Below are positions 51,896 through 62,433 of a DNA stretch of 64,000 nucleotides, in pieces (position 1 is the stretch's first letter; each line of letters begins with the position of its first letter). The stretch comes from Alphaproteobacteria bacterium. Its GTDB lineage: Bacteria; Pseudomonadota; Alphaproteobacteria; GCA-2731375. Made by a program: the position numbers and the translations under genes. The stretch lies in assembly GCA_965232515.1 (NCBI GenBank), contig CBDDPY010000002.1, forward strand, positions 1,856,001-1,920,000. The letters run 5' to 3'. The notes beneath the pieces are model-generated. The model was not told the DNA's origin, searched no databases, and was given only the letters and a program-made list of their open reading frames with translations.

Positions 51896-52104
51896 GTCCC
51901 ACTCTCCCTGACGCGCGACGGCGCCGGCGTTGGGCACGACTGTGGCGGGACGGGTCTTAATAACGGGTAAAATGCCGCTAAATCCCACGCCAATTTTTCA
52001 ATCCGCGTTAACCATGTCCTTGCACCGGACGTTAACGGCGTGCCGCCAGGATGGGCCACCGAAAAGGCCAACCGCGGCAAGGAACAGATTGGATTTCCGG
52101 GGTC

Positions 52105-54864
52105 ATGAACGGCATCAACGGCACCAACGGCGGGTTAACCATCGCCTTCTTCGACACGTCCGTGCTGGCCGACTATTACGCGGCCGGCGCGAACCTGAGC
52201 GAAGTGACGCTGCGCAAGACCTTCGAGGCCCAGGGTCTGAACAGCAGCATCAACAGGGGCGACGCCGCCGTCATCCCGCCATGGGAAGCGCCGCCGCAGG
52301 AAGCGCCCGAAGATCCGCTCGAGAGCATCTTCTCGTCCGGTCCGCTGATCGATCTCGACGACCCGCTGGTCGCCAACGCCGGCGACGACGAGAACTTCAA
52401 GAACCTGTTCGCGCTCTACCGCGGCCTGTCGCGCGTCACCGAGCTCACCGAGTTCGCCCGGACCGATCCCCGGGCCGAGACCATGCGGACGCTGCTGGAC
52501 CGCAAGCTGCAGGACTACATCACCGAGATCGAAAGCTTCGTTGCCAAGCTCGATCTGGACGACGTCACCGTGGTTCAGGGGCTGAAGGAGAGCGACCTCA
52601 CCTCGACGCTGTTCCTGGCGAAGGAAGTCGCGAAGACCTCGCCCGTACATTTCGGCGCCGTCGTCTCGGAGGTCCGCGACGACGCCATCCCGGGCCTCAC
52701 CGGCACCGAGAAGTTCACCATCACCGCCACCACGTCGGGCGGTACCAAGAATGTGAGCATTGATCTCAGCGCGGTCAGCGGCACACTCAACGTCGACAAC
52801 ATCTCCAGCTACATCAACAGCCAGCTCGCCGCCAACAGCGTCACCTCGACGGTCAATGTCGAGCGCACCAACGAATTCGCCTACGGCTTCCGGGTCAACA
52901 TGTCGACCACGGAGACGCTGACGTTCAGCGCCGACGCGGCCAGCGAGTCGCCGGCCGTCTATCTCGCCGGCACCAGCGGCTTCGGCGACAATTCGAACGG
53001 TTATCTGCTCAAGCTGGACGATCTCGGCGCCGCCAGCCCGAACCAGGTCTTCCGCACCAACATCGATACCACGGCGGCCGACTCGGCCAACGCCGTCGCC
53101 GTCGACAGCAAGGGCTTCGCCTACACCGTCGGCAGCACCGGTGGCGACATCGGCACCCAGACCAACAACGCCAGCGAAGACGTCTATCTGCGCAAGTACG
53201 ACGCCGCCGGCGTGCTGATCTGGTCGCGCCTGCTGGGCGCCACCGACCAGGCCAACGGCTTCTCTGTCGCGGTCGACGCCAACGACAACATCATCGTCGG
53301 CGGCCAGACCAACGCGCCGCTCAGCGACACGGCGATCGGCGGCGGCTACGACACCTTCGTGACCAAATACAACAGCAACGGCGACGAGCAGTTCACCCGT
53401 CAGTTCGCGCCGATATCCGATGACGCCGCGCTCAGCGTCACCGCCAATGCCGCCGGCGAGATCTTCATCGCCGGTTACGCGAAAGGCACGGTCGGGACCG
53501 GCACCACCCACAACGGCGGCGCCGACGCCTATGTCACCAAGCTCGATGCCAGCGGCAACCTGCTCTACAACAAGCAGTTCGGCGGCAGCGGCGACGACCG
53601 CGCCACCGGCATCGCCATCGACGCGTCGGGCAACATCTTCGTCGCCGCGGAAAGCGACGGCAACGCGGTCTTGCGCAAATACGCCGACAGCGACGCCAGC
53701 CAGACGCCGATCTGGGAAGCGAACCTCGGCGCCATCGGCAGCGACGGCACGGTCGCCGGCCTCGCCATCGGCAGCAACGGCAATGTCTATGTCACCGGCA
53801 GCACCAGCAACGGATCGCTGAACGGCAGCGTCGCGCAGGCTCATTCCGGCGGCGTCGACTCCTTCGTCAGCCAGATCACCGACAACGGCACCAGCGCGAC
53901 GCTCGGCTTCGTCTCTTATGTCGGCAGCAGCGGCACGGATCGGGCCGGCGGCATCGCCGTGCGCCCGAACGCGGGCGCCGACGAGATCTATATCACCGGC
54001 AACACCGACGGATCGGTCGCCGGCCAGGCCTCGGTCGGCGAGACCGACGCTTTCGCCGTCAAGGTCAACAGCAGCGGCACGACGGTATGGGGCCACCAGT
54101 TCGGCGGCGGCTTCAACCACAGCGGCAACGCCATCGCCTTCGACGAAAACGGCACGTCAGTGCTGTCGCGGCTCGGCCTTCCGGGCGGCACGCTGCCGTT
54201 GTCGCCGCCCGAGGAGGTCATCAACCTCACCTCCGCGCGGCCGGGTCAGTATTTCGAGATTTCGGTCGACGGCGCGTCGTCGCGGCGCGTCACCATCGAG
54301 AACGACGACAGCCTCGGATTCCTCGCCTTCAAGATCAACCGCATCCTGGGCGACGCCGGCCGGGCGACAATCGAAAACGAGATCGACGGCCGGGTGATCA
54401 AAATCGAGGCCAAGAACGAAAAACGCATCGACATTATCGCCGGCGCCGACGGCTTCAACGCGCTGGCTCCGCTCGGCCTGCGCGAGGTTACGCTGTTCGG
54501 CGAGCCACTGGTCGAAGACGAGGATGAAGAGCTCTTCGATCTGGGCGACCGCGTCGACAGCGACGACGACACGGAGGAGAGCGGCAACGCCTCCGTGTTC
54601 GCGCTGGGCATCATCGACGGCCTTAACGTCAAGACCAAGCAGGCCGCGGAAGATGCCGGCGTGATCTTCGACGAGGCCCTGCGCAATGTCCGCGAAGCCT
54701 ATAAGTTCATTACCGATACCGGCGAGACAACAAACAACTTCCTGGCCGGCGCGCAGCAGATCAGCGCCGCCGACCAGGCCAAGATCAATGAGCTGAACTT
54801 CGCGCTCGAACGCCTGCAGTCGGCCAGCCTGAACAGCAGTAGCGCGATCTCGCTGTTGACCTGA
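52105..54864 (+). CDS. FlaY/FlaEY-like secreted beta-propeller (SBBP-repeat) flagellar protein
   Basis: No signal peptide; N-terminal FD.S.L..YY...PPW; repeated AVD..GN.YV.G.T...GG.D.FV.K.D..G units; helical C-terminus ending ISLL. Confidence 0.7.
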   Translation: MNGINGTNGGLTIAFFDTSVLADYYAAGANLSEVTLRKTFEAQGLNSSINRGDAAVIPPWEAPPQEAPEDPLESIFSSGPLIDLDDPLVANAGDDENFKNLFALYRGLSRVTELTEFARTDPRAETMRTLLDRKLQDYITEIESFVAKLDLDDVTVVQGLKESDLTSTLFLAKEVAKTSPVHFGAVVSEVRDDAIPGLTGTEKFTITATTSGGTKNVSIDLSAVSGTLNVDNISSYINSQLAANSVTSTVNVERTNEFAYGFRVNMSTTETLTFSADAASESPAVYLAGTSGFGDNSNGYLLKLDDLGAASPNQVFRTNIDTTAADSANAVAVDSKGFAYTVGSTGGDIGTQTNNASEDVYLRKYDAAGVLIWSRLLGATDQANGFSVAVDANDNIIVGGQTNAPLSDTAIGGGYDTFVTKYNSNGDEQFTRQFAPISDDAALSVTANAAGEIFIAGYAKGTVGTGTTHNGGADAYVTKLDASGNLLYNKQFGGSGDDRATGIAIDASGNIFVAAESDGNAVLRKYADSDASQTPIWEANLGAIGSDGTVAGLAIGSNGNVYVTGSTSNGSLNGSVAQAHSGGVDSFVSQITDNGTSATLGFVSYVGSSGTDRAGGIAVRPNAGADEIYITGNTDGSVAGQASVGETDAFAVKVNSSGTTVWGHQFGGGFNHSGNAIAFDENGTSVLSRLGLPGGTLPLSPPEEVINLTSARPGQYFEISVDGASSRRVTIENDDSLGFLAFKINRILGDAGRATIENEIDGRVIKIEAKNEKRIDIIAGADGFNALAPLGLREVTLFGEPLVEDEDEELFDLGDRVDSDDDTEESGNASVFALGIIDGLNVKTKQAAEDAGVIFDEALRNVREAYKFITDTGETTNNFLAGAQQISAADQAKINELNFALERLQSASLNSSSAISLLT

Positions 54865-54876
54865 CCGCCGGCCGGC

Positions 54877-54906
54877 TTGACCGGCCGAAACGCCGCCTCC
54901 TAAGCT
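54877..54906 (+). promoter_or_regulatory. Sigma70-like promoter of the kinase-enolase pair
   Basis: TTGACC-N18-TAAGCT. Confidence 0.55.
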
Positions 54907-54933
54907 GCCGTCCGAAACCCGGACGGCGCATTC

Positions 54934-55959
54934 ATGACATCCACCGAAATCGACGACACGCGCGCCCTGGATGAGGTGCGCGCGGCCCTTGAGCACCTTG
55001 GCTTGGTCCCGCCGGGATCTGAGCCCGTGTTCGAGCGGTTGACCGGCGGGGTGTCGTCCGACATTTGGAAGGTCGAGGCGCCCCAAGGAACGATCTGCGT
55101 CAAGCGCGCCCTGCCCCAGCTCCGCGTCGCCCAGGTCTGGCGCGCGCCGGTCGGCCGCAACGCGGCCGAATACGACTGGATGGAGACCGCCGGGCGCATC
55201 GTGCCGGACGCCGTGCCACGGCTGCTGGGTCACGATCCCGACGCCGGCCTGTTCGCCATGGCTTATCTCGCGCCCGACGACCATCCGGTTTGGAAACAGC
55301 GTCTGCACGATGGCGTTGCCGAGCCCGAAACCGCGCGCGCGGTTGCCGAACGGCTTGTCGCCATCCACGCCGGCACCGCGAACGACGGCGAGGTCGCCAC
55401 GCGTTTCGCGCACGACGACACCTTCCACGCCATCCGGCTCGAACCCTATCTCGAGGCGACGGCACGCGCGCATCCGGACCTGGCCGAGCCGCTGCTGGCG
55501 CTCGTCGCCACCACGGCGGCGACCCGGCGCGCGTTGATCCACGGCGACGTCAGCCCGAAGAACATCCTGATCGGCCCGAACGGCCCGGTCTTCCTCGACG
55601 CGGAATGCGCCTGCTACGGCGACCCCGCCTTCGATCTCGCCTTCTGCCTCAACCACCTGCTGCTGAAGTGCCTCTGGACGCCATCGGCCAGCCCGGGCTT
55701 CCACGCCTGCTTCACGGCCATGGCGTCGGCCTATCTCGACCGCGTGACATGGGAGCCGGCGGCCGAGGTCGAGGCCCGGACGGCGCATCTGCTGCCGGGC
55801 CTGCTGCTGGCCCGTGTCGACGGCAAATCGCCGGTCGAATACCTGACCGACGAGGCCGATAAGGATCGGGTGCGCCGGGTCGCGCGCCGCCTGCTGCTGT
55901 CGCCGGTCCAGCGTCTGAACGACATCGATGCCGCCTGGGCGGCGGAGCTTGAGACATGA
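54934..55959 (+). CDS. APH / methylthioribose-kinase-like phosphotransferase
   Basis: LTGGVSSDIW, VKRALP.LRV...W.AP, LIHGDVSPKNIL, LDAECA.YGDPAFD. Confidence 0.85.
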   Translation: MTSTEIDDTRALDEVRAALEHLGLVPPGSEPVFERLTGGVSSDIWKVEAPQGTICVKRALPQLRVAQVWRAPVGRNAAEYDWMETAGRIVPDAVPRLLGHDPDAGLFAMAYLAPDDHPVWKQRLHDGVAEPETARAVAERLVAIHAGTANDGEVATRFAHDDTFHAIRLEPYLEATARAHPDLAEPLLALVATTAATRRALIHGDVSPKNILIGPNGPVFLDAECACYGDPAFDLAFCLNHLLLKCLWTPSASPGFHACFTAMASAYLDRVTWEPAAEVEARTAHLLPGLLLARVDGKSPVEYLTDEADKDRVRRVARRLLLSPVQRLNDIDAAWAAELET

Positions 55960-57245
55960 GCGAGACCACCATCGTTGGCCTCATCGGCCGCCGAGTCTGG
56001 GATTCCCGCGGCCGTCCCACCGTCGAGACCGAGGTCAAGCTCGCCGGTGGCGCCGTCGGCCGCGCCATCGCCCCGGCCGGCGCCTCGACCGGCTCGGGCG
56101 AGGCCGTCGATCTGCGCGAGGGCGGCGACCGATTCGGCGGCTACGACGTCCGCAATGCCGTCGCCAATGTCGGCAACCGGATTGCGCCGGCGCTGACCGG
56201 CCTCGACGCCGCCGACCAGGCCGCTATCGACCGCGCGCTCTGCGAACTCGACGGTACGGCCAATAAGTCCCGCCTCGGCGGCAACGCCATGATCGCCGTG
56301 TCGATGGCCGTGCTGCACGCCACGGCGACCGCCGCGAACCGGCCACTCTGGCGTTACCTCTGCGGCGACGCCGCCGTCCGCCTGCCCCTGCCCGAGATCC
56401 AGATCTTCGGCGGCGGCGCGCACGCGGCCCGTCGGGTCGACGTGCAGGACTTCATGATCGTCTGCCCCGGCGCCGACAGTTTCACGCAGGCGCTCGACTG
56501 GACGGCGGAAGTCTATCTCGCCGCCGGACGCCTGATGGCCGACGCCGGCCTGCTGCAGGGCGTCGCCGACGAGGGCGGCTACTGGCCCGCCTTCGACACC
56601 AACGAAGCCGCCCTCGACGCCCTGCTGCGGGCGATCGAGACGGCCGGCTTCACGCCGGGCGCCGACGTCGCGATCTCGCTCGACATCGCCGCCTCCGAGT
56701 TCGGCGACGCCAACGGCTACCGTCTCGGCCTCGAGGGCCGCAGCCTCGACAGCGACGGCCTCTGCGGCCTGATCGGCGACTGGCTCGACCGCTATCCGAT
56801 CCTCTCGGTCGAGGACCCGCTGGCGGAAGACGACGACGCCGGCATGCGGCGCTTCACCGCGGCCTATGGCGAACGGGTGCAGATTATCGGCGACGACTAT
56901 CTTGTCACCAACGCCGCCCGCGTGCGCGACGCGGCCGCCGCCGGCGCCTGCAACGCGGTATTGGTGAAACCGAACCAGGCCGGCACCGTTACCGAAACCA
57001 AGGCCGCGCTCGATGCCGCCCGCGCCGCCGGCTGGGGCGCCGTGGTCTCGGCCCGCTCCGGCGAAACGGAAGACGTCACCATCGCCCACCTCGCCGTCGG
57101 TTGGGACGCCGGCCAGCTCAAGGTCGGTTCCTTCAGCCGATCCGAACGCATGGCCAAATGGAACGAGGTGCTCAGGATCGAGGAGGCGCTGGGATCGGCG
57201 GCGGTGTTTGCCGGGGGCGGCATTCTGCCGGATTGGCAGGGTTAG
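55956..57245 (+). CDS. Enolase-family protein (divergent phosphopyruvate hydratase paralog)
   Basis: DSRGRPTVE, GASTG, DEGG, LDIAASEF, EDP, IGDD, KPNQ.G, RSGETED, RSER.AKWN. Confidence 0.88.
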   Translation: MSETTIVGLIGRRVWDSRGRPTVETEVKLAGGAVGRAIAPAGASTGSGEAVDLREGGDRFGGYDVRNAVANVGNRIAPALTGLDAADQAAIDRALCELDGTANKSRLGGNAMIAVSMAVLHATATAANRPLWRYLCGDAAVRLPLPEIQIFGGGAHAARRVDVQDFMIVCPGADSFTQALDWTAEVYLAAGRLMADAGLLQGVADEGGYWPAFDTNEAALDALLRAIETAGFTPGADVAISLDIAASEFGDANGYRLGLEGRSLDSDGLCGLIGDWLDRYPILSVEDPLAEDDDAGMRRFTAAYGERVQIIGDDYLVTNAARVRDAAAAGACNAVLVKPNQAGTVTETKAALDAARAAGWGAVVSARSGETEDVTIAHLAVGWDAGQLKVGSFSRSERMAKWNEVLRIEEALGSAAVFAGGGILPDWQG

Positions 57246-57252
57246 AGACAGG

Positions 57253-58218
57253 CTACTGCTGCTGTTGTTGCTGTTGCTGCTGCAGGAATTCGTCCTCCTG
57301 CGCCCTTGCCGCCGCGGCCGGCATCGGCCGGATCACCAGCAGCTGCTCGTCGTCCTGCGGCACCGGCTCCGACGGCGAGACCTTGACCGAGACCGCGAGC
57401 TCGCTCTCTGCCGCGCCGCGATAGACACCGCGCGACGGCGGCACGTCAGCATAGTCCCGGCCGATGGCGACACGGATGTGACGACCGCCCGCGAGCATGT
57501 TGTTGGTCGGATCGAAGCCGATCCAGCCGAGGTCCGGCAGCAACGCCTCGATCCAGGCATGCGAGGCGCCGTCCACCGACCGATCTTCGGTCTCGTCGCT
57601 TTGCGCCAGGTAGCCGCTGACATAACGGCACGGTATGCCCAGCCCCCGCACCGCGGCGATCATGATATGGGCGAAATCCTGACAGACGCCCTTGCGCGAT
57701 TCCAGCGCATGGTCGATCTCGGAATCGACCGACGTGTGCCGCTGCACATAGTCGAAGGCATCGTAGATCACCTGGTTGATGCGCTTCAGCGTCGAGAGCG
57801 GATCGCCGTTGCGTACCAGCGCGTGCTCGCGGCAGAAGTCGGCCAGCAGCTCGGTCGGCGTCGCAAACGCGCTGGGCTGCAGCATGTCCCAATGCTCGCC
57901 CGACTCGGCCGTCCGGTCGACCGCCTGCCAGGAATCGCCGTTCAGCCGCTCGGGCAGCTCCGGCTGCGCGCCGACATCGACGCGGGCCGAGGCCACCAGC
58001 ACCAGTTCCTGGTGCCGGCCCGGCACGTCGAAGTGATAGACCGCGTTCCCGCGGTGATCGAGATAGGCGAAGATCTGCGAATGCGGCCGGGTCAGCAGCC
58101 GGAAGTCCCGGCACTGCTGGGGCGCGTCGCTGCGCGGCTGCATGCGAACTTCCATCAGGCTCTCGGTGATCGGATCGCTGTAGCGGAAGCGTGTGATATG
58201 TCGGATCGCGTAGTGCAT
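57253..58218 (-). CDS. Transglutaminase-like protein with C-terminal poly-Gln
   Basis: I.H.T.F.Y..P N-domain; triad GVCQDFAH, SHAW, FDPTN; GRDY.DV.P; ends in Q9. Confidence 0.92.
   Translation of the reverse strand: MHYAIRHITRFRYSDPITESLMEVRMQPRSDAPQQCRDFRLLTRPHSQIFAYLDHRGNAVYHFDVPGRHQELVLVASARVDVGAQPELPERLNGDSWQAVDRTAESGEHWDMLQPSAFATPTELLADFCREHALVRNGDPLSTLKRINQVIYDAFDYVQRHTSVDSEIDHALESRKGVCQDFAHIMIAAVRGLGIPCRYVSGYLAQSDETEDRSVDGASHAWIEALLPDLGWIGFDPTNNMLAGGRHIRVAIGRDYADVPPSRGVYRGAAESELAVSVKVSPSEPVPQDDEQLLVIRPMPAAAARAQEDEFLQQQQQQQQQ
57256..57282 (-). repeat. (CAG/CAA)9 poly-glutamine coding tract
   Basis: CAG CAG CAA CAG CAA CAA CAG CAG CAG followed by TAG. Confidence 0.95.
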
Positions 58219-58219
58219 G

Positions 58220-59173
58220 TCAGGACGCCAGGGCTGAATCGACGGTATAGGCGATGTAGGTCTCGTACATGGCCGCGTGAATACGCTCGCATTGCTGCAT
58301 CACGTCGCCCAGATAGTTGTGCAGGCTGTCGGCCATGATCTCGTCCACATGGCCAAAGTCGAGGGTCGCGCGCAACCGGCCCGCCAGGCGTTCGGCCCGG
58401 CCGGCCTTGCGGGCGCCGACATCGCGCGCGATCTCCTCCAGCGCCGCCTGCACGCTGTCGACGGCGAAGCGCACCGAGCGCGGGAACTCCTCGTTCAGCA
58501 GCAGGAACTCGGCGATATAGCGCGGCTGGAAGTCGGCCGTGTAGACCTTGCAGTACGCCTCGAACGCCGTGCAGGACTTCAGCAGGCCGACCTGCTCGAT
58601 ATACTCGACCGCGCCCAGCGCCGCGCCGTCGGCCATGTAGCTCGCGAAATAAACGTCCAGCAGCCGCGACGTCGCCATCGCCCGTTCGAGATAGCGACCG
58701 ATCTGGATGAACTGCCAGCCTTCGCCATGATTCAGCGTCGCATCGGTCAGGCCCTGAAACAGATGCGCGCCCTCGATCACCTCGCGGCAGAAGTTGCCGT
58801 GCTCGTCCGGGTTCAGCTTGCTGGCGCCGCGCAGGCGTAGATAGAGCCGGTTCAGGTCCTGCCACATCTCGGTGCTGACCTGCTCGCGCACCTGCCGCGC
58901 GTTCTCGCGCGCCGCGTTCACGCAGGCGCGCACTGACACCGGCCGGCTCGCGTCATACAACAGCACCGCCAGCATGGAATCGAGCTCGGCCGCCTCCTCC
59001 GGCGCCAGCCCCACATTCATCGCCGCCAGCGGCCTGGCCCAGCGGTCCGACTGAAACGCCGTCGCCAGCTCCAGCGACAGGTCGAGATTGACGCCGATCA
59101 GGCGCGCGTTGTGCTCGGCTCGCTCGAGATAGCGGCTCATCCAGTAGAGGCTGTCGGAAACCCGTGAAAGCAA
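58220..59173 (-). CDS. Alpha-E domain protein
   Basis: MLSRV..SLYW..RYLERAE..AR, ARENAR.VR, second GRYLERA, FPRS; TTG start. Confidence 0.92.
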   Translation of the reverse strand: MLSRVSDSLYWMSRYLERAEHNARLIGVNLDLSLELATAFQSDRWARPLAAMNVGLAPEEAAELDSMLAVLLYDASRPVSVRACVNAARENARQVREQVSTEMWQDLNRLYLRLRGASKLNPDEHGNFCREVIEGAHLFQGLTDATLNHGEGWQFIQIGRYLERAMATSRLLDVYFASYMADGAALGAVEYIEQVGLLKSCTAFEAYCKVYTADFQPRYIAEFLLLNEEFPRSVRFAVDSVQAALEEIARDVGARKAGRAERLAGRLRATLDFGHVDEIMADSLHNYLGDVMQQCERIHAAMYETYIAYTVDSALAS

Positions 59174-59186
59174 CTGACGGCCCGCC

Positions 59187-60680
59187 CTAGTCGTTCAGGA
59201 CCCAGGTGTCCTTCGAGCCGCCGCCCTGGCTCGAGTTCACCACCAGCGATCCGCGTTTGAGCGCCACGCGCGTCAGTCCGCCAGGCACGATCTTGACCTC
59301 TTCGCCGGCGAGGATGAACGGCCGCAGATCCACGTGTCGCGCCTCGATCCGGTCGTCGACGAAACACGGCGCGCGCGACAGTGCCAGCGTCGGCTGGGCG
59401 ATATAGTTGCGCGGATTGGCGATGATCGCCTCGCGGAACTCGGCCCGTTCCTCGGCCGTGCTGTGCGGGCCGATCAGCATGCCGTAGCCGCCGGACTCGC
59501 CGACCGCCTTCACCACCAGCTTGTCCAGGTTGTCGAGCACGTATTTCCGGTCGTCGTCGTAAGCCAGGATGTAGGTCTCGACGTTCGGCAGGATCGGCTC
59601 CTCGTCGAGATAGTATTTGATGATCTTCGGCAGGAAGGCGTAGACCGCCTTGTCGTCGGCGACGCCGGTGCCGATGGCGTTCGCCATGCCGACATTGCCG
59701 GCGCGGAAGGCGTTGAACAGCCCCGGCACGCCCAGGATCGAATCCCGGCGGAACGCCAGCGGATCGACGAAATCGTCATCGATGCGGCGATAGATCACGT
59801 CGACCCGCTCCAGGCCCGCCGTCGTCCGCATATAGACGACGTTGTCGTGCACCAGCAGGTCGCGGCCCTCGACCAGCTCGATGCCCATCTGCCGGGCCAG
59901 ATACGTGTGCTCGAAATAGGCCGAGTTGAACACCCCCGGCGTCAGCAGCACGACGGTCGGGTTCGGCCGGTGCGGCGGCGACAGCGAGCGCAGCGTCGAC
60001 AGCAGGGCCTGGCAGTAATTGTCGACCGGCCGCACACCGTGCAGCAGGAACATCTGCGGGAACAGCCGCTTCATCACCTCGCGGTTCGCCAGCATGTAGG
60101 AGACGCCGCTCGGCACCCTGAGATTGTCCTCCAGCACCGCGAAACGGCCGTCGTCGAGGCGCACCAGATCCGAGCCCGAGATCGCCACATAGACGTCCCG
60201 CGGCGGATTGATGCCCCGCATCTCTGGCCGGTAATGCCGGCAGCTATAGATCATGTCGCGCGGCACCACGCCGTCGTCGAAGATGCGGCCGGCGTGATAG
60301 ATGTCCTTCAGGAACAGGTTCAGCGCATTGATCCGCTGGGTCAGACCGTCGTTGATCACCCGCCATTCGTCGGCCGTGATGATGCGCGGCAGCAGGTCGG
60401 TCGGAAACACCCGCTCGGTGCCTTCCTCGTGACCGTAGACCGTGAAGGTGATGCCCTGATTCAGGAAAAACAGATCGGCGGCCTGCTGGCGTTGATGGAA
60501 CTCTTCGGGCGCCAGCTTCAGGATGCGCTGATAGAGCTTCTCATAGGCAGCCCGCGGCACCCGTTCGCGGGTCAGCATCTCGTCATAGGCGGCGTCGAGC
60601 TGGTAGTCGCAGAACAGCGCCGGCAATGCCGCCGCTTCGTCCCCCGTCTCCCTGTTGGCCTGCGTTTTTTTGACAGCCAT
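59187..60680 (-). CDS. Circularly permuted type 2 ATP-grasp protein
   Basis: [66 protein letters not shown]. Confidence 0.95.
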   Translation of the reverse strand: MAVKKTQANRETGDEAAALPALFCDYQLDAAYDEMLTRERVPRAAYEKLYQRILKLAPEEFHQRQQAADLFFLNQGITFTVYGHEEGTERVFPTDLLPRIITADEWRVINDGLTQRINALNLFLKDIYHAGRIFDDGVVPRDMIYSCRHYRPEMRGINPPRDVYVAISGSDLVRLDDGRFAVLEDNLRVPSGVSYMLANREVMKRLFPQMFLLHGVRPVDNYCQALLSTLRSLSPPHRPNPTVVLLTPGVFNSAYFEHTYLARQMGIELVEGRDLLVHDNVVYMRTTAGLERVDVIYRRIDDDFVDPLAFRRDSILGVPGLFNAFRAGNVGMANAIGTGVADDKAVYAFLPKIIKYYLDEEPILPNVETYILAYDDDRKYVLDNLDKLVVKAVGESGGYGMLIGPHSTAEERAEFREAIIANPRNYIAQPTLALSRAPCFVDDRIEARHVDLRPFILAGEEVKIVPGGLTRVALKRGSLVVNSSQGGGSKDTWVLND

Positions 60681-60752
60681 GTTGGCTGAAAGCCTGACGG
60701 CACGCCCGCGCGGCTGTCAAGGCGATACTGCGCCTGCGAAATGGAATTCTTG

Positions 60753-61676
<924 letters not shown>

Positions 61677-61706
61677 ATCGCTCCGAATGGATGCCTTCGT
61701 GGAACC

Positions 61707-62432
61707 TCAACGCGCCAATTCGCCGGCCAGCACCGGCTGCGGTTCGGGCGAGCGGCGCAGGTGCGGCGACAGGCGATATTCCAGATATCGCACACCGCGC
61801 GTGACGACAAAGTTAATCGTCAGATAAATCGCGCCGGCGACGATGAAGATCTCCACTGGCAGGAAGGTTTGCGAGATGATCTTGCGGGCGATGCCGGTGA
61901 TCTCCAGGATCGTGATCGTGCTGGCGAGCGAGGTCGACTTCACCATCAGGATGATCTCGTTGCCGTAGGCCGGCAGCGCCTGGCGGATGGCGACGGGGAA
62001 GATGATGCGCCGGAACAGGAGCGGCCCCGACATGCCGCAGGCCCGCGCCGCCTCGACCTGCCCCCAGGGCACCGACTGGATGCCGCCGCGGATGATCTCC
62101 GAGGTGTAAGCGCCGGTGTTCATGGTCAGCGCCAGGATCGCGCACCAATAGGGCTCGCGGAAGAACGGCCAGAGGAAGCTCTCCCGCACCGCCTCGAACT
62201 GGCCCAGGCCGTAATAGATCAGGAAGATCTGCACCAGCAGCGGCGTACCGCGAAACACGAAGACGTAGGAATACGCGACCGCGGAGATGGCGCGGAAAGA
62301 CGACAGCCGCAGCAGGGCGATACCGACGGCGACGAAGAAGCCCAGCGCCAGCGACGCGAACACCAGCTGGAAGGTCATGCCGGCGCCCTCGAGCAGCTTC
62401 GGCAGGCTTTCCCACATCAGCGCGAAGTCCAT
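61707..62432 (-). CDS. Polar amino-acid ABC transporter permease (HisM-like)
   Basis: FRGTPLLVQ, AY..EI.RG.I..VP.GQ.EAA. Confidence 0.93.
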   Translation of the reverse strand: MDFALMWESLPKLLEGAGMTFQLVFASLALGFFVAVGIALLRLSSFRAISAVAYSYVFVFRGTPLLVQIFLIYYGLGQFEAVRESFLWPFFREPYWCAILALTMNTGAYTSEIIRGGIQSVPWGQVEAARACGMSGPLLFRRIIFPVAIRQALPAYGNEIILMVKSTSLASTITILEITGIARKIISQTFLPVEIFIVAGAIYLTINFVVTRGVRYLEYRLSPHLRRSPEPQPVLAGELAR

Positions 62433-62433
62433 G

